64,000 bases of DNA from Hemiscyllium ocellatum. Its lineage: Eukaryota. The first letter of the stretch is position 1. The number at the start of each line of letters is the position of its first letter. Location: NCBI RefSeq assembly GCF_020745735.1, contig NC_083408.1:14756484-14820483 (forward strand), written 5' to 3'. Of this stretch, positions 47,670 through 61,582 are shown piece after piece. A program made the translations under genes and the position numbers. The notes under the pieces are model-generated. The model worked only from the letters and a program-made list of their open reading frames with translations. It did no database searches and was not told the origin of the DNA.

Positions 47670-48010
47670 GAGTCGTAGAGTCATAGAGATGTACAGAATG
47701 GTCCAACCCGTCCATGCTGACCAGATATACCAACCTAATCTAGTCTCACCTGCCAGCACCCTGCCCATATCCCTCCAAACCCGTCCTATTCATATACCCA
47801 TCCAATTGCCTCTTAAATGTTGCAATTGTACCAGCCTCCACCACATTCTCTGGCAGCTCGTTCCATGCACGTACCACCCTCTGCGTGAAAAAGTTGCCCC
47901 TTGGTCTCTTTTATATCTTTTCCCCTCTCACCCTAAAACTATGCTGCCTCGTTCTGGACTCCCCAACTCCAGGGAAAAGACTTTGCCTATTTATCCTATC
48001 CATGATACCC
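47670..48010 (-). mobile_element. CR1 3' end fragment
   Basis: AGAGTCATAGAGATGTACAG tail; minus-strand FFTQRVVRAWNELPE-type segment. Confidence 0.85.
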
Positions 48011-48369
48011 ATAATCTAAAACTGGTGTTTGAATTCCATAGTTTTGTCTCCGTTTTCTGTAGCACATGGGATCAATTCTGGTATTCGAGCACCAGATATC
48101 ATTTTGTTTCACATACATAACACAATTAGACATTTTCTGATAAACATATTAAGAAATGTCATCTCTGGGGCAGTGGGGATTTGAACTCAGGCCTTTTGTC
48201 TCAGAGACAGAAATTATATCATTGCAACAGAAGGGTTGCTCATAAAAGGCTGATCTCTCCACGATGATGGGAAACGTTTCTTAAAACACCAAGGTCAGAT
48301 CTAATTGTAGGCAATCAATTTAAATTAGAACAATAAAATTAGGATAATAAAAATTGCAGTCTGTTAAAA

Positions 48370-49520
48370 GAGCAGAAACACACGCAGACACAGAGAGATT
48401 ATCCCAAATACACAGGTAAAGACACATATACAGGCTCTCACCTAAAGACACTAATTTATGTGTGCACTCAAATCTGCTTATAGATAAGACGTCTCAAACG
48501 CATACTCGCACAGAGCCACACATGCAAGTGTTACTTGAGCACTCACCAAAGCTCTTACAAAATCTCACATACACCGAAAGAAAAGCATTTGCACAAATGA
48601 ACAGTGGTACCACACATAACCATGAGAAACATAGACACACGCTAACACGCATATGGACATGAATTCATATACAGTCATACAGCACAATGTGTGTAGACAC
48701 ATACGCATGAACACACATGTATATATTCCAAAGAATGTCCTCCTACATGTCGACTCCCACAGGCACATAAGTGCACAGAGATGAACATTAATATCGTTAT
48801 TTTCCCATTTTCAGAATCACAAACATACGATGACAGAGGCATCTTAATTAGTTATTTTGTAACCACATTGATCAGCATGTATACAATGTCATGTACACAC
48901 AAATTCAGAGTCCCACATGCAGACACACAATTGCGTAGATCAACAAACAGAGGGGTGTTTATTAAATAAGGAGAATGGGCACAAGCATTAGCAAGCATTC
49001 ACAAACAATAACACAAACAAACTTCTCAGGAGATGGTTTGGGAAAGATTGCCACACAAGCAGACATCATCATATAAATATTAACATCCATCAAAATTGGC
49101 ATTGCATGCTAACATTTATTAAGCATAAACATGAAAGTAACACAGTGTAGGTTGGATCTGAAACAGACACATTCGCACACATCTTAGATAGCACTAATGA
49201 AAAGTGAACACTCACAAAGATATTACAAGTTAAGCATAGCCAGCAACGAAGTGGCATATTAGCATGGTAATGCTTACATAATGCGAGAAGACCAAAATTT
49301 ACATACACAAACACATGAGCACACCAGCAGTAAAGGAACAGGAATATGTTTATTCATGCACAGACTCCAACATGGGCAAGAGTGAAGAGACTCTCATAAC
49401 CACATACACAAACATTAAAGGAAAACCAAACACACCAAGCAGTAGATCAAATAAATTAAGGGCAACATGTACAAAAACTTATTCCTAAATATACAGATCC
49501 TACAAACAAAAATACGAAGC
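48370..49520. repeat. Degenerate CA-rich low-complexity tract in C4-TM1 intron
   Basis: Dense ACAC/CACA runs without a fixed unit. Confidence 0.7.
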
Positions 49521-50009
49521 AATGTCCTGACTGTGATGTCACTTCTATTCATGATTTGCCAAGCAATCGGTCACCAATACATAAAGATGAGAATCACATT
49601 TGAAGTTTTATTCAGTGACGGCCACAATTTTCAACTAAACTGCTGTCATAGCCTATATTTAAATATAATGACATAATTAAAATAATCATTCGTAATAAGC
49701 ATTCCTCAAACAATAATAATGATGATGATAATAAAAGTAATAATAATATCTTTCAATAATAGATTAAAAGAAAAAAGAATTTAAAATGTTCTGACATGCA
49801 CAATGAAGAAAGAATATGTGCAGTTAGCATTTGTAATTTCTTGCTGAGAGTCAATATTGCACTAATAAGTACAGGTAAGAGTCACACTTGAGAAATACCT
49901 GACTGCTTTATGAAGATGTAATGGTCTCTAATTAAATGACTTGAATTCAGATAGATCTGTCTGGATCAATAAATAATCTAAATGCGTTTTCTCGGCTTTA
50001 TATTCATAG

Positions 50010-50137
50010 ATTCAATAGATCGGACTTGGATTGAAGACTATGAGGATGATAACAACAACATCTGGACAACTGCTTCCACGTTCATCACCTTGTTCTTCCT
50101 GAGTATTTTCTACAGCGCTGCCGTCAGTCTGGTGAAG
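50010..50137 (+). pseudogene. IGHM: IgM TM1 exon, donor mutated
   Basis: DSIDRTWIEDYEDDNNNIWTTASTFITLFFLSIFYSAAVSLVK with the conserved antigen-receptor TM motif; followed by GAGAGA instead of GT. Confidence 0.94.
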
Positions 50138-50277
50138 GAGAGAATGATCATATCTTTCACATGCCAAACAGCCCAATATGTTTTTTTTTGAAATCTGTAA
50201 GTGTGCCGTTGAATAAAAAAAATCTGGAAGTCCCTGATTATAAACAAATGCGTCATTGCTTTATCTCTCTTTTACAG

Positions 50278-50286
50278 GTTAAGTGA
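50278..50286 (+). pseudogene. IGHM: IgM TM2 exon (VK*)
   Basis: TTATCTCTCTTTTACAG|GTT AAG TGA; candidate AATAAA at 50703-50708. Confidence 0.88.
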
Positions 50287-52239
50287 ATGAATTGTGAACC
50301 CGTTTGATTTTCCTGCTCTGCTTATCAAGGTCTCTGAATTCCCAGTCTACAATCTGTCCTGTTCCTGACTCTAACAGTGAGATCACTTCAGTTTATCAGC
50401 ATGTAATTGAGACAATTACCAATGGATTTTCCTTTTTACTTTGACATCGTTGAGATGGTTGTGGTTGGAAGAATTTGTAGCTTCCCAGTTGTTTGAAGCC
50501 CATTTGTTTTGTTTTTTTATTTGTTCCTTATTCAGAATGGTTGCGTACCCTTTATGATGAGCCCTTGTATTCCCTTTCTTGTGACAGAAAATTCCCAGCT
50601 CACAGCGCATGTGTTCTCGTCTCAATGTGGCATTCAGCCATTATATTCGCTTCTGTTAACTTTTACATCAACTTTTGGGTAAAAATGCTTTCTGAAATGG
50701 TTAATAAATCTCGAATGAATATGGACTAACCTTGCGTTTGCTTAATTCATTCGTCAAGCCCAGTCAGTAATAATACATTTTCCTCCATCCAACTCCTTTC
50801 CCAGCCAAATACTTTCACTTGTTCTGTTTGGTTGTGTTTCATCAAGTCATTTAGTTTAATGCTGCGCTACCATGCAGCCCACTAATGTAAATGCATCTTT
50901 CACACGATATGCCTGATGGAACACTCCAGAGGCAGAATGATTAGAGAACGTTTCCTCTTATGTGCAAAGTGTCTCGTCCTCGGGTCACGTAATGATAATT
51001 TTATAGGCTCCAGCAGAAGCCTATAAAAGGCAGGCAATGGAGTTTGAAAGTTTACTCTACACTGTCTAAAATAAAATTACTCCCAATGTCGGGACAGCCT
51101 GGGTTAGTAATGCATAAATCGCCACCTAAAACGCCCAACGAAACATTCGTCAGCCAAAAATGTCAAGGTTCAGTCAGGTAGTCAGACACATCACGTGCAC
51201 AATCCAAGGGCGGATCCTCAGAACTGGAGTTTTTCTCACACATAAATCTCATGGAGCACAATTCCTGTGATCTATTTGACACACCACACCTGTCAAATCC
51301 TAGGAAATGAAACTGAGGTCTATCTGATACAGGGATATTACTGAACAGCAACACTCAAAAATAATAAAACAGAGGTCGATGTTGATCAGGCAAGTCAGAG
51401 TTCATGAGTAAATATTCAGCCATTGGAATCTAGATGACGCAAGACGGAATTGAGAACCAATCATAGCAACTGTTAACAGAGTGTAGAAAATATCAGCGGA
51501 GGAGAACAGTCCCAATTTCTCAGAGGTGGTGAGGTTCAACATCCTGGGAATAGTGTTGTGAATCAGTCACACACCCATTCTCATAACTTTGCACTTTTTT
51601 CAAAAAATGTGGCAACTGAAACTGGATGCAATATTCCAGGTGAGACAAGCGACTGTTTTATTATAAATAAGTGCTTTGCATTTGTTCTCTACAGCGTACT
51701 TGAAGTACGGAATATTTGCTCTTCTGTCCACGTGTCATGGTACAGTCCCTGATTTTTGTAGATGTACTCGGAGGATCCTCTGTTCCTTCACCCCTTTGGT
51801 TTTACCCCCTTACGATTGTATGTTTCCCTGAGTTCATCACAAAACAAAGAAGCACCTCACACCTCCCTGAGACTGAGATCTCTCTGACACACCGATATTA
51901 ATGAATAACAATCCTGAAAAATTATAAATCACAGGTTGAGTTCGATCAGGGAAGGCAGAGATCAGAAGTTCTGGAATCCTTGCTGCTTTCCATGCCCTTT
52001 CCCACAACCCCTCTGTCCAACGTAACGCGCTTAGCTGTTCTTCCTGCATTCTAACATTTTACCTTAAATTGCTGTTAATAGTTTTATGTAATTTTTCATT
52101 GTAGACCAAAGTACAGGTTGAACCAACAAGGACTCAAACACTGAACTCTAAGAACGTACACGATAAGAAAATCTACATTCTGAAACGGCAAATACCCGTG
52201 AACAAATGGTTGACAAGTACAAAACAGCGGGTGAGATGA

Positions 52240-53270
52240 ACTTGAACTAATCAAAATAAAAGGAAAATACTCTGAAGGTACAACGGTGTAAGCAAGACCT
52301 GAGGAGACAGAACGGAGTTCTGATTTAATAAAACAAGTCACACTATCAAAGGTACGGCTGAAGTAGGAAGAGCTTGAATTCGATTGGAGTCAATTTTGCT
52401 TGTGAAATATTACTGCTGTTCTAACAAAAGATATTTCTGAGGGATGGTCTAGTGAAGCTACATGGATGTAACTCAGAAATAAGAAGATGCGATTGTCTTG
52501 GTCCCCCAGTAGTCAGAATGAAATTGAGTAACAAATGTGTCGAGGGATCTAATTTATACATAAGATTAATAGAATTGTAATACTAGCAAATTTTAACCTT
52601 CCAAACATAAAGTGGGGCAGCCAAGCTCTTAAGAGCTTGGATGGTGAGGAATTTGTTCAGTGTCGAATAAATTTTTCTTCATTAATATTCAGATGTAACT
52701 ACCACTGATGGAGCAAACCTGACCGACTCTTGTGAAAGAAGGCAGGGCAAGTGACTGAATGGTTAGTAGGGGAGCTGTTTGGGGCCAGGGGCCATAATTC
52801 GATTAGTTGTAAAATATCTATGGAAATGATTTGCATTATATATAAGTTAAAGTTCTTAATTGGACTAGGGCGAGTTTTGATAGTATGTGACAAAAGCTTT
52901 CAAGGGTTGATTGGAGTAGACTGCTTGCATCTAAAGGGACGGCCGGTAAGACTGAAGCTTTCGGAAGTGAGATAACGAGAGTTCAGAGGCGTGATGTTCC
53001 AGTTAGAGTGAAGGTAAGGCTGGTAAGAGGAGGAAACACTGGAGGAATAAAGATATTGAGGCTCTGGTTAAGATTAAGATCGAATCATATATTAGATATA
53101 GATAAGTGAGATCAAGTAAATCTCGAAGAGTACAAGAGGTGCAGGGGCATTCTATAGACGGAAGTGAGGAGGGTAAGAAAGGAAAATGAGATAGCCTTGG
53201 GAGATAATGTTAAAGATAATCCAAAGAGATTCTACTAGTACATTGAGAGCAAAGGAGTAGAGTCATAGGT
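52240..53270 (+). mobile_element. Old CR1 endonuclease-region remnant
   Basis: Decayed GDFNFP-like AAATTTTAACCTTCCAAACAT and TRE..LD-like segments. Confidence 0.55.
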
Positions 53271-53680
53271 CATAGAGATGACTCTATGACAACATGGAAA
53301 CAGACCTTTCAGTCTCACTTGCCCATGCTGACCAGATATCCTAAACTAATCCGGTCCCATTTGCCAGTACTTGGCCCATATCCCTCAAAACACTTCCTAT
53401 TCACATACACACTCAGATGCCTTGTAAATGTTGAAATTGCAACACTTCCTTTGGCAGTTCATTCCATACACGCATCCTCTGCATGGACATGTTACACCTT
53501 AGGTACTTTCTACTTTTTCCCCTCTCACTGTAAACCTACACTCACCAGGCTAGGTTTAGAGTGAGACTCTACTCAACACAGGAAAAGTACCTTGTCTCTT
53601 CACAGTGTACATGCCTCTCATGATTTTATAAAACTTTGTAAAATCACCCCTCAGCCCTAGCCTATTCAACCACTCTCTAT
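53271..53680 (-). mobile_element. CR1 3' end fragment
   Basis: AGAGTCATAGGTCATAGAGATG tail, CATGGAAACAGACCTTTC, CCCATATCCCTCAAAAC. Confidence 0.8.
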
Positions 53681-56034
53681 ATTATTCTACATGGCTTTGA
53701 ATATGTATAAACCTAGAGGGATGGCTTTATAAATCACGTTGCATTTTATATAAATGCTGTTTTTTTTATTATCAGTAGTTTAAAATAGAGGGTGGGTACC
53801 TTTTCACTTTGATACCAGTAGCACAGAAAGAACTGGGGAAATAAACTGCAACAAAAAAAGTAAATGGACAAAAAACACTACGGATAATCTCACCATATCA
53901 TTCGTGTAAAAAATAATTCCCTGTTTTGACCTTGCAGTTAAAGGAGCCCATTAATTATCCCTGTGCTTGTAATAATTTTCAGCTATTGTCATTCTGCATT
54001 TAATTGTTATAGTTACCATGTGGATTACTGCACCGAAGTGGTTAAATAAAAACTCAAAACAAAATGAAGTAAAACTGCAAATTAAATATTGTCTCTAATT
54101 ATTCCAAAAAAATTAGCAATTCAATGAAACCAAATTGGAAGAGGAATGTTGAAAGATAGTCAACTCTGAGGACTACAAGAAGTTGCAAGAGACCATTAAT
54201 TAATTTATGGAGTGATCAAATAATTGGCAAATGAAGATTCACACAGATAAATGTCAGGTGCTACGTCTTGGTCGGAATAATGTACAGGTCACTTATTCGA
54301 AGATGCACGTCTAAGTGAGGCAAACAAACAAAGTGATCTCAGACAATGACATCAGTCACTAAAAATTTCACCAAATGTTCCGAAGGGCATGAAAATGCAT
54401 ACACAGCTCAAAGCTTTATCCCTAAAGGACTAGATTTGAAAGTAGGGTCCCTATAAAAATTTGGTTGACTATAATTATGAATATTGCCTGCTGTTTCAGT
54501 TGACATGTTATAGAATGTATGAGAGAGAGTGAAAAGAAGATTTATAGGAATGATACACAAGTTTCTGGCTGTGTATATCAAGGAAGAACTGTCGTGCTGT
54601 TCAATTCTCTCTTAAAAAGAAGGCTGACAGTTCTAAAATTATGAAAGGTTTTGAAAAGAGAAAGTACAGAGAAAACATTTCACGATGGGGTAGAACATAA
54701 CTAGAGGCTGTCGATATAAATCCAAATCAAAAAGGGAATTCAGAAGAAATCTTTTCACTGAAAGAATGATGAGAACGGGGAGCATTTGACCAGATGGAAT
54801 AGTTGAAATCAATAGTTTCGATGTATTTCAAGGAAACTAGGCGAGCAATTGGAAGGGATGGGAATAGAGGATTACAATGGGCGATTTAGATGTTGAAAGA
54901 TGTGAAACATCTTGAGTGGAACTTAAGAAATGGCACGAACTGATTGAGCCAAATGGTCTGTTTTTCCTCTGTAATCCTATGTAGAAAATCACCATTGTAT
55001 GAAACAAAAAGTGTATTAAGAACATTTAGAAGAATTATAATGTTTCTCACAAAAGAAGTCTCACGTATTCAGCACTGAACGTAAATGATTTTATCACATG
55101 ACCACACTTCACTCTTTGCCTGACAGCACTGAAAAAGCAGTAATCACAGTACTCTTACTAGGAGTAGGAGTAACCCATTGGCAATGCAACAATTTGGAGA
55201 ACTTAATGACTTATTAATAATCAGTAGGAGCTGCCAACCAGGTCCTGGGAATGTTGTGAACACTCTAGCCCTCACGGCGTCGTTCACTCACTTACTCGGA
55301 TTTCCAGTTCCCGTAATGATCGCCAACATGGATAGGAAACTGTTCCAGTATGCAGTTGGAATACCCTGTTCTGAGACAGAAAGTAATTCATTAGGAGGGA
55401 CGTCCTCCAGGTGTGTCTTTAGGAAGCAGGAGGAGCTCTCCCACACAATGGAGAACCCACCTTCTGCTAATAAACTGCAAGCATTGGCGAGAGCAGACTC
55501 TACATTGATCATTCTTTCCCTAATTTGAGATCAATAAAATACTACAGAGGTGGAAATATGAGAGCCACTGAAACTCCTTCCTTCCCTTGTCACCCTATTA
55601 TCCATCTAATGACCTTGCAGCCTGGCCCTAGATGGCTGATAGAACCCAGTCCCATTCCAATTTTCAAGACCATGAAGAGCTGGCAAACTGATCAAAATTG
55701 ATAAAGCTCAACACAGTCTTGTCCTGACTGTCAAATTCCAAAGTGTAACTTGAGATTAGTTCAATAAAAGTGGCAGAAGTAAAGAAACAACCACTTCCAT
55801 CCATCAGAAACAAATTTCTATGAATGGGAACGGGTGGTCCGCTATTTGGAATGGAGCAGTGCATTTGAAAAGTTAATGAGGAGCAGCAATGTTATGTAAT
55901 GGATGTACGCACAGTTTGAAGCTGTTTGCTGATTCAGTTTTGCTAAAGGTTTGGCAGATACATTCCAATTAGAATCAATTAAATCTGCTAAAATGGACAT
56001 TAATACTCACATTTATGAGATGCTTTAACGCAGA

Positions 56035-57302
56035 ACCGTCTCAGACTCCTCCCTCCCCTTCCGAGAACTTTCAATTTCTATCTCGTGCGACCGAATCAAC
56101 ACAGACATTTACTATGGACCGACCGACTCCCACAGCTACCTAGACTACACCTCCTCCCACACTGCCCCCTGTCAAAACGCCATCCCATACTCCCAATTCC
56201 TTCGCTTCCGCCGCATCTGCTCCAAGGAGGATCAGTTCCAATACCGTACAACCCAAATGACCTCCTTCTTCAAAGATCGCAATTTCCACCAGGACATGAT
56301 CGACCATGCCCTCCACCGCATCTCCTCCACTTACCGCTCCTCTGCCCTTGAGCTCCGCCCCTCCAATCGCCACCAGGACAGAACCCCATTGTTCATCACC
56401 TACCACCCCACCAACCTCCACGTACATCGTTTCATCCGTCATCATTTCCGCCACCTCCAAACGGACCCCACCACCAGAGATATATTCCCTTCCCCCCATC
56501 AGCGTTCTGAAAAGACACCTCACTCCGCAACTCCCTCGTCAGGTCCACAACCCCCCCCCACCACCAACCCAACCTCCATCCCAGCAACTTCTGCTGCTAC
56601 TGCAAAACATGCAAAACTTGCCCCCACACCTCCCCCTTTACTTCCCTCCAAGGCCCCAAGGGATCCATCCATATCCACCAAAAATTCACCTGCACCTCCA
56701 CACACATCATTTACTGCATTCACTGCACCAGATGTGCCCTCCTCTATATTGTGGAGACAGGCCACCTACTTGCGAAACGTTTCAGAGAACATTTCTGGAA
56801 CACACGGACTAACCAACCAAGCCATTCTGTGCTCAACACTTCAACTCCCCCACCCAATCCACCAAGGACATGCAGGTCCTTGGACTCCTCCATCACCAGA
56901 CCATAACAACACGACGGCTGGAGGAAGAGCGCCTCATCTTCCACTTACAAACCCTCCAACCACAAGGGATGAACTCAGATTTCTCCAGTTTCCTCATTTC
57001 CCCTCCCCCCCACCTTGTCTCAGTTAAATCCCACGAACTCAGCACGGCCTTCCTAACCTGCAATCCTCTTCCTGACCTCTCCGCCCCCACCCCCACGCCG
57101 GCCTATTACCCTCACCTTGACCTCCTTCCACCTATCGCATTTCCAACGCCCCTCCTCTAAGTCCCTCCTCTCTACCTTTTATCTTAGCCTGCTGAACACA
57201 CTTTCCTCATTCCTGAAGAAGGACTCATGCCTGAAACATCGATTCTCCTGCTGCTTGGATGCTGCCTGACCTGCTGTGCTTTTCCAGCAACACATTTTCA
57301 GC
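56035..57302 (+). mobile_element. 5'-truncated Penelope-like retroelement (RT C-terminus, GIY-YIG endonuclease, terminal repeat)
   Basis: DSHSYLDYTSSH...NAIPYSQFLRFRRICS (RT C-terminal); IIYCIHCTRCALLYIVETG...RFREH (GIY-YIG-like); frameshifts; terminus with hammerhead-like motif 57209-57244. Confidence 0.93.
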
Positions 57303-58050
57303 AGAGAAAAGTGCAGTGCAGAACAGGCCCTCAGGCTCACAACAGTGTACCGAGGTTTTATCCTAATGTAAAATGTAACAAAAAACTACACAACCCTCAA
57401 TTCACTCCTAACATGTGCATGTTCAGCAGTCGCTTAAATGTCCCGAATGGCTCTGCTTCCACGACCACCGCTGGCAATGTATTCCATGCATTCACTTTGT
57501 AAAGAACCTACCTCTAACATCTCCTGTATACCTTTCTCCTATTATCTTAAAACTATGATACCCCCCGCACCAGTCAACCCTGTCCTGGGGAAAATTCTCT
57601 AGCCATTGATTTTATTTATTCCACTCATTATTTTGTATCCCTCAATCAGGTCTCCTATCTTCCTCCTTCTCTCCCGAGAGAAATGTGTGAGCTTATTCAA
57701 CCTTTCTTCATAAGGCAAGCCCTCCAGTCCAGGCAGCATCCTGAATAAACGTTCTTTGCACCCCCTCCAAAGCCTCTATATCTTTCTTATAGCAGGGCTA
57801 CCAGAACTGGTCACAATATTCCAATTGTGGTTTCACCAGGGACATGTAGAGCTGTAGCAGTACCTCACAGCATTCAATCATGATTCCCCTCTAAATGAAA
57901 GCCTAAACATCATATGCTTTCTTAACACAATTTGGGTGGTAACTTTGAGCGATCTATGTACTTGCCCACTCAGATCCCTCTATTCCTCCACACTGCCAAG
58001 AATCCTGTCTTTAACCCTATATTCAGCGTTCGAGTTCGACCTTCCAAACT
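57303..58050 (-). mobile_element. CR1 3' end fragment
   Basis: GTGCAGAACAGGCCC tail region; CCAGAACTGGTCACAATATTCC is the reverse complement of EYCDQFW-type motif. Confidence 0.8.
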
Positions 58051-60651
58051 GGAAAATGATGCACCGAATGCCAAACTAGAGAAGGTTGTTGGCATGTATC
58101 AGAAGAGTTAGGACTAATGACCAGAAACATGAAACCGATTTTTAAGCAAGCTTTCAAAGAGAGAATGAGTACCAGAGGGCATCTAAGTAAGTTTGTCAGT
58201 AAAGTACAGCTAATTAAGGGGACTTGAGCATACTCATGGACAAAAAGATAGAAAGCAATCAGAGAACCAAAGAATAGAAGGTGCATATAAATGGTACAAG
58301 AGACAGCATGGATCAAGGCCTTGAAGAATTTACAGACAGACATAAGTTTAAATTCAATACATTAGATGCGAATCAGCCAGTTAAGATCTCAGTCCTTTCT
58401 CATAAATTTAAATTTATCAGTCTTATCCAGGCCATCATTAAATGGGATTTTTATTTGCACTGTGCACATCTCCTGATTTCAAAAGATATCTAAGTTTTGT
58501 AAATGCAATAGAATGCATCTTCCACCGTTTCAGCAATTCATTAAATAGAAGTTCACGGAAATAAACATCTTTCCAAATTTGTCTTTCAACAGCCAGACTG
58601 ATACAACATTCAAAGAGGATCTGCGTGTACAAAAGGGGGCTTGTCAGTGGGTTCATCATTTCTCATTCCAAAACTAGATTCCATTTTAATCATATCAGCT
58701 GGGTGTTGGATACTCCATTAGTAAAAGGTTCCCATATTCAAACTGTTGTTTGACAATGCAGAAATTGGGTATTGACGTAAAATAGGACATGCTCTGTTTT
58801 TTTGTCTTGCATACATTGGGATAGCTCCAAGGATTTTGATATAAAGGGAAACAACATTTTACACTGAAGACGAAAAGAGTTCTGATGCTTTGGAAAGTGC
58901 GCAATGATTGATTGAGATGTCCCCAATGGAAACGGACTGGTCAGTTAACAGCTGAACTTTGTTAAGTTTTCAATTGGCAGGTTGCCTGAGTGGTCAAGGT
59001 AATGCCCTGCCAAATGAATCAGAGAATGGCCATCATCAATTTAGTAGAAACACAACAAGCATTGGCAGTTAACTGCCAACCATCACCTGGCCCATTCTCC
59101 ATGCCTTTACCAATCAGCAAGCATTGACCAAACAGATTAAATGCTTTCTCATTTCCATTGGTATTTTTTATAGTGGCCTGAGAAGTACAATACGAAAGAG
59201 CTAAATTTTTAAAAAAAATTTATTTTCATCAATACTCAAATTTCCATGCTGTACCAGCAGGCAGAGGTGAAACTTAACTATAATGTATCAGGCCTCCAAT
59301 GAACTGGTAAAGTTCTGCACTGGTCTCAGAGGAAAACCAGCAACAATATCCTTCTGGTGGGGAGAAGAATGGCATTACATTGCCATTGAACCTATACAGC
59401 AAGAATTTCAAAGCCATTGAGGAACAGAAATAAATAGAAACAAACCACATGCACATACACACAGCACACTATCATTTAAAGTAATAGGGGGAAATTCTGC
59501 ACGAACAGAAAAACTAATTGTTATTCTGAATAGTGAATGTAGCACCAAAAGCACCCTTGTCATTACAACACTTTGAAAATCAGGCCCATATTAGTTTGCA
59601 GCAGTTGAGGAACTAGTAATTCTATGATGAACCCAGGTCAGTTCCGACGCCAGTATGTGACCATAGATTCCGAATGTTTTTAATGGCAGATAGTAATCTG
59701 AAGTTGCACAGTGGCAGGAGCACAGCTATCCTCTAGACAGCACTAAAGAGATCTCACACCCATTGGCTCTTTAATAAAGAAATGGGGCAAACCTCCGAGA
59801 TAGGGAAATGGAAATAAAGGAACCACTAACAAGATTTCATCTAATTCGATAGTAGCTGAGACCTGATCACCAAATTCAGCTGCCACTTGAAAGTATGCAA
59901 GAAGCCCCAAAAGGAGATACTCCAAATTTCACTTGATTCTGTGTCTTATTATCGCAAGAAAGCTTTGTATTTGCCTTCTAGAAGACATTATTTGTTTCCA
60001 TAAACCACATAAGTTTGACAGAGAAGCATTGGTTCTGATCACAGATCAGAACTGAATAGTGCAGAACCGCATTATAACTCATTTCGAGAAGCTGTGTCAA
60101 TGGGTGCTCGGGTTTGCAGTGCATTTGTGTTCTGAGCTTCGCCCCAATTTCTCGCTGTTCCCTAGTTTTTCTGAGAAGTTGCGGTTCCAGTCAGTTTGTA
60201 TTTCATCATTGTCCCAGATTATAGAGTTTTCAGCAGCAGTGAGTTCAACAGTATAGCGCGTTGGGTAAATCAGCAGTGGCCCCACTGAAAAGGCTTTTAA
60301 ATCCCGAGGCTCATAGAACAGCATATAGTTATCCCTGTTAAATGACCTAATAACAATTAACAACATTATATTTGACCTGCTATATTTTCCATTACTGACT
60401 GCAATGAATATACCTCATGGGATACAGAAACTCATCAATGTGATTAAAAACCTATAAAACGTAAGCAAAACCCAAGCTATTGACTTAAGATAATAAACTC
60501 CATACAATAATGCAACAAAGAAAAGCAGACTGAAATCAAATGATCTACAGGTTTGATGAAGAGCAAACCCTTCCCCGCCCCCAACCCACCACCACCCAAT
60601 ACACCCCAGCCTAGCAGGAAGGCAAGTAGAAAAGTTGCACATTTATATAAC

Positions 60652-61582
60652 ATCTTAATGCAATCTCAGAGTATCCTAAACATCTATTTCCAGATCTCTG
60701 AAACAAGTGCAGAACCCCTTGGGGCCACTGACAACTACGTTCTATCAAACCCAGGGAATCAGAGATGGAAACATCAGCATGTGCCCATGTAACAGTTTAA
60801 AATGTGTGTTTAATACCTCCGCCGCTCGAGTAACTAACAAACTTGTTTCTAGGTATGAACAGTAGATGAGAATATGTCACTTGGCCCTTCGAGCCTGTTC
60901 CACCATTCAATGAGATCCTGACTGACCCGATATTAACAAGCTTATAAATCATTCAGCTGACAATATCCCACTTTAGCTTCTCTCATTCTATCATTTTAGT
61001 ATATTCCACTACACATCTATTCTAATCTGGAAAATAATTTTCCAGCTGTTAACCACTGCTCCACATTGCACTCCTCACCTCATTTTCGAATTTAAAGAGT
61101 CTGCAATGCATTGCTTTTTTCCTCAGCCTATTCTTTAAACAAGATAAAATACATTGGAACAGACTCCACTGTTTGCTGGTACTTGACAAAATGAGAACGA
61201 TTGAAATATTCCAATGCACTCCTTTGTTGAAAAAAAATATTTTTTTTAATCCTTTAAACTGGTTCAGTTCCTTTTATATTTGCATTGAATGGTATTTTAG
61301 TATGATCCAGATGTTAGTTCGAATAAAGTGAAATATTACAGCACTGTGCTTTGTCTCAATCTCCTTTGTTGGAATGCAATCTTAATGCAATCTCAGAGTA
61401 TCCTAAACATCTATTTCCAGATCTCTGAAACAAGTGCAGAACCCCTTGGGGCCACTGACAACTACGTTCTATCAAACCCAGAGAATCAGAGATGGAAATA
61501 TCAGCATGTGCCCATGTAACAGTTTAAAATGTGTGTTTAATACCTCCGCCGCTTGAGTAACTAACAAACTTGTTTCTAGGTA
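60652..61582. repeat. Two direct copies of a 204-bp sequence (60652-60855 and 61379-61582)
   Basis: ATCTTAATGCAATCTCAGAG...CTTGTTTCTAGGTA, offset 727 bp, three substitutions seen. Confidence 0.95.

Larger units (their letters stand above)
32350..50286 (+). pseudogene. IGHM: Complete unrearranged shark IgM heavy-chain cluster (L-V-D-D-J-Cmu1-4-secretory tail-TM1-TM2), pseudogene
   Basis: All segments in order with splice sites and RSS; stops in V (2), C1, C2, C3; frameshifts in J, C1, C2 (2), C3; two membrane splice donors mutated. Confidence 0.96.

Noticed and set aside
32528-50286. IgNAR or IgW identity for the Ig cluster
   Set aside because: V has a full FR2/CDR2 with WVRQ, there are two D segments and four C exons, and the tail and TM sequences fit shark mu
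59743-60366. Two same-frame minus-strand ORFs (89 and 60 aa) as a decayed gene
   Set aside because: Separated by several stops; I recognise no domain or consistent splice structure; a blastx search would be needed to reopen this
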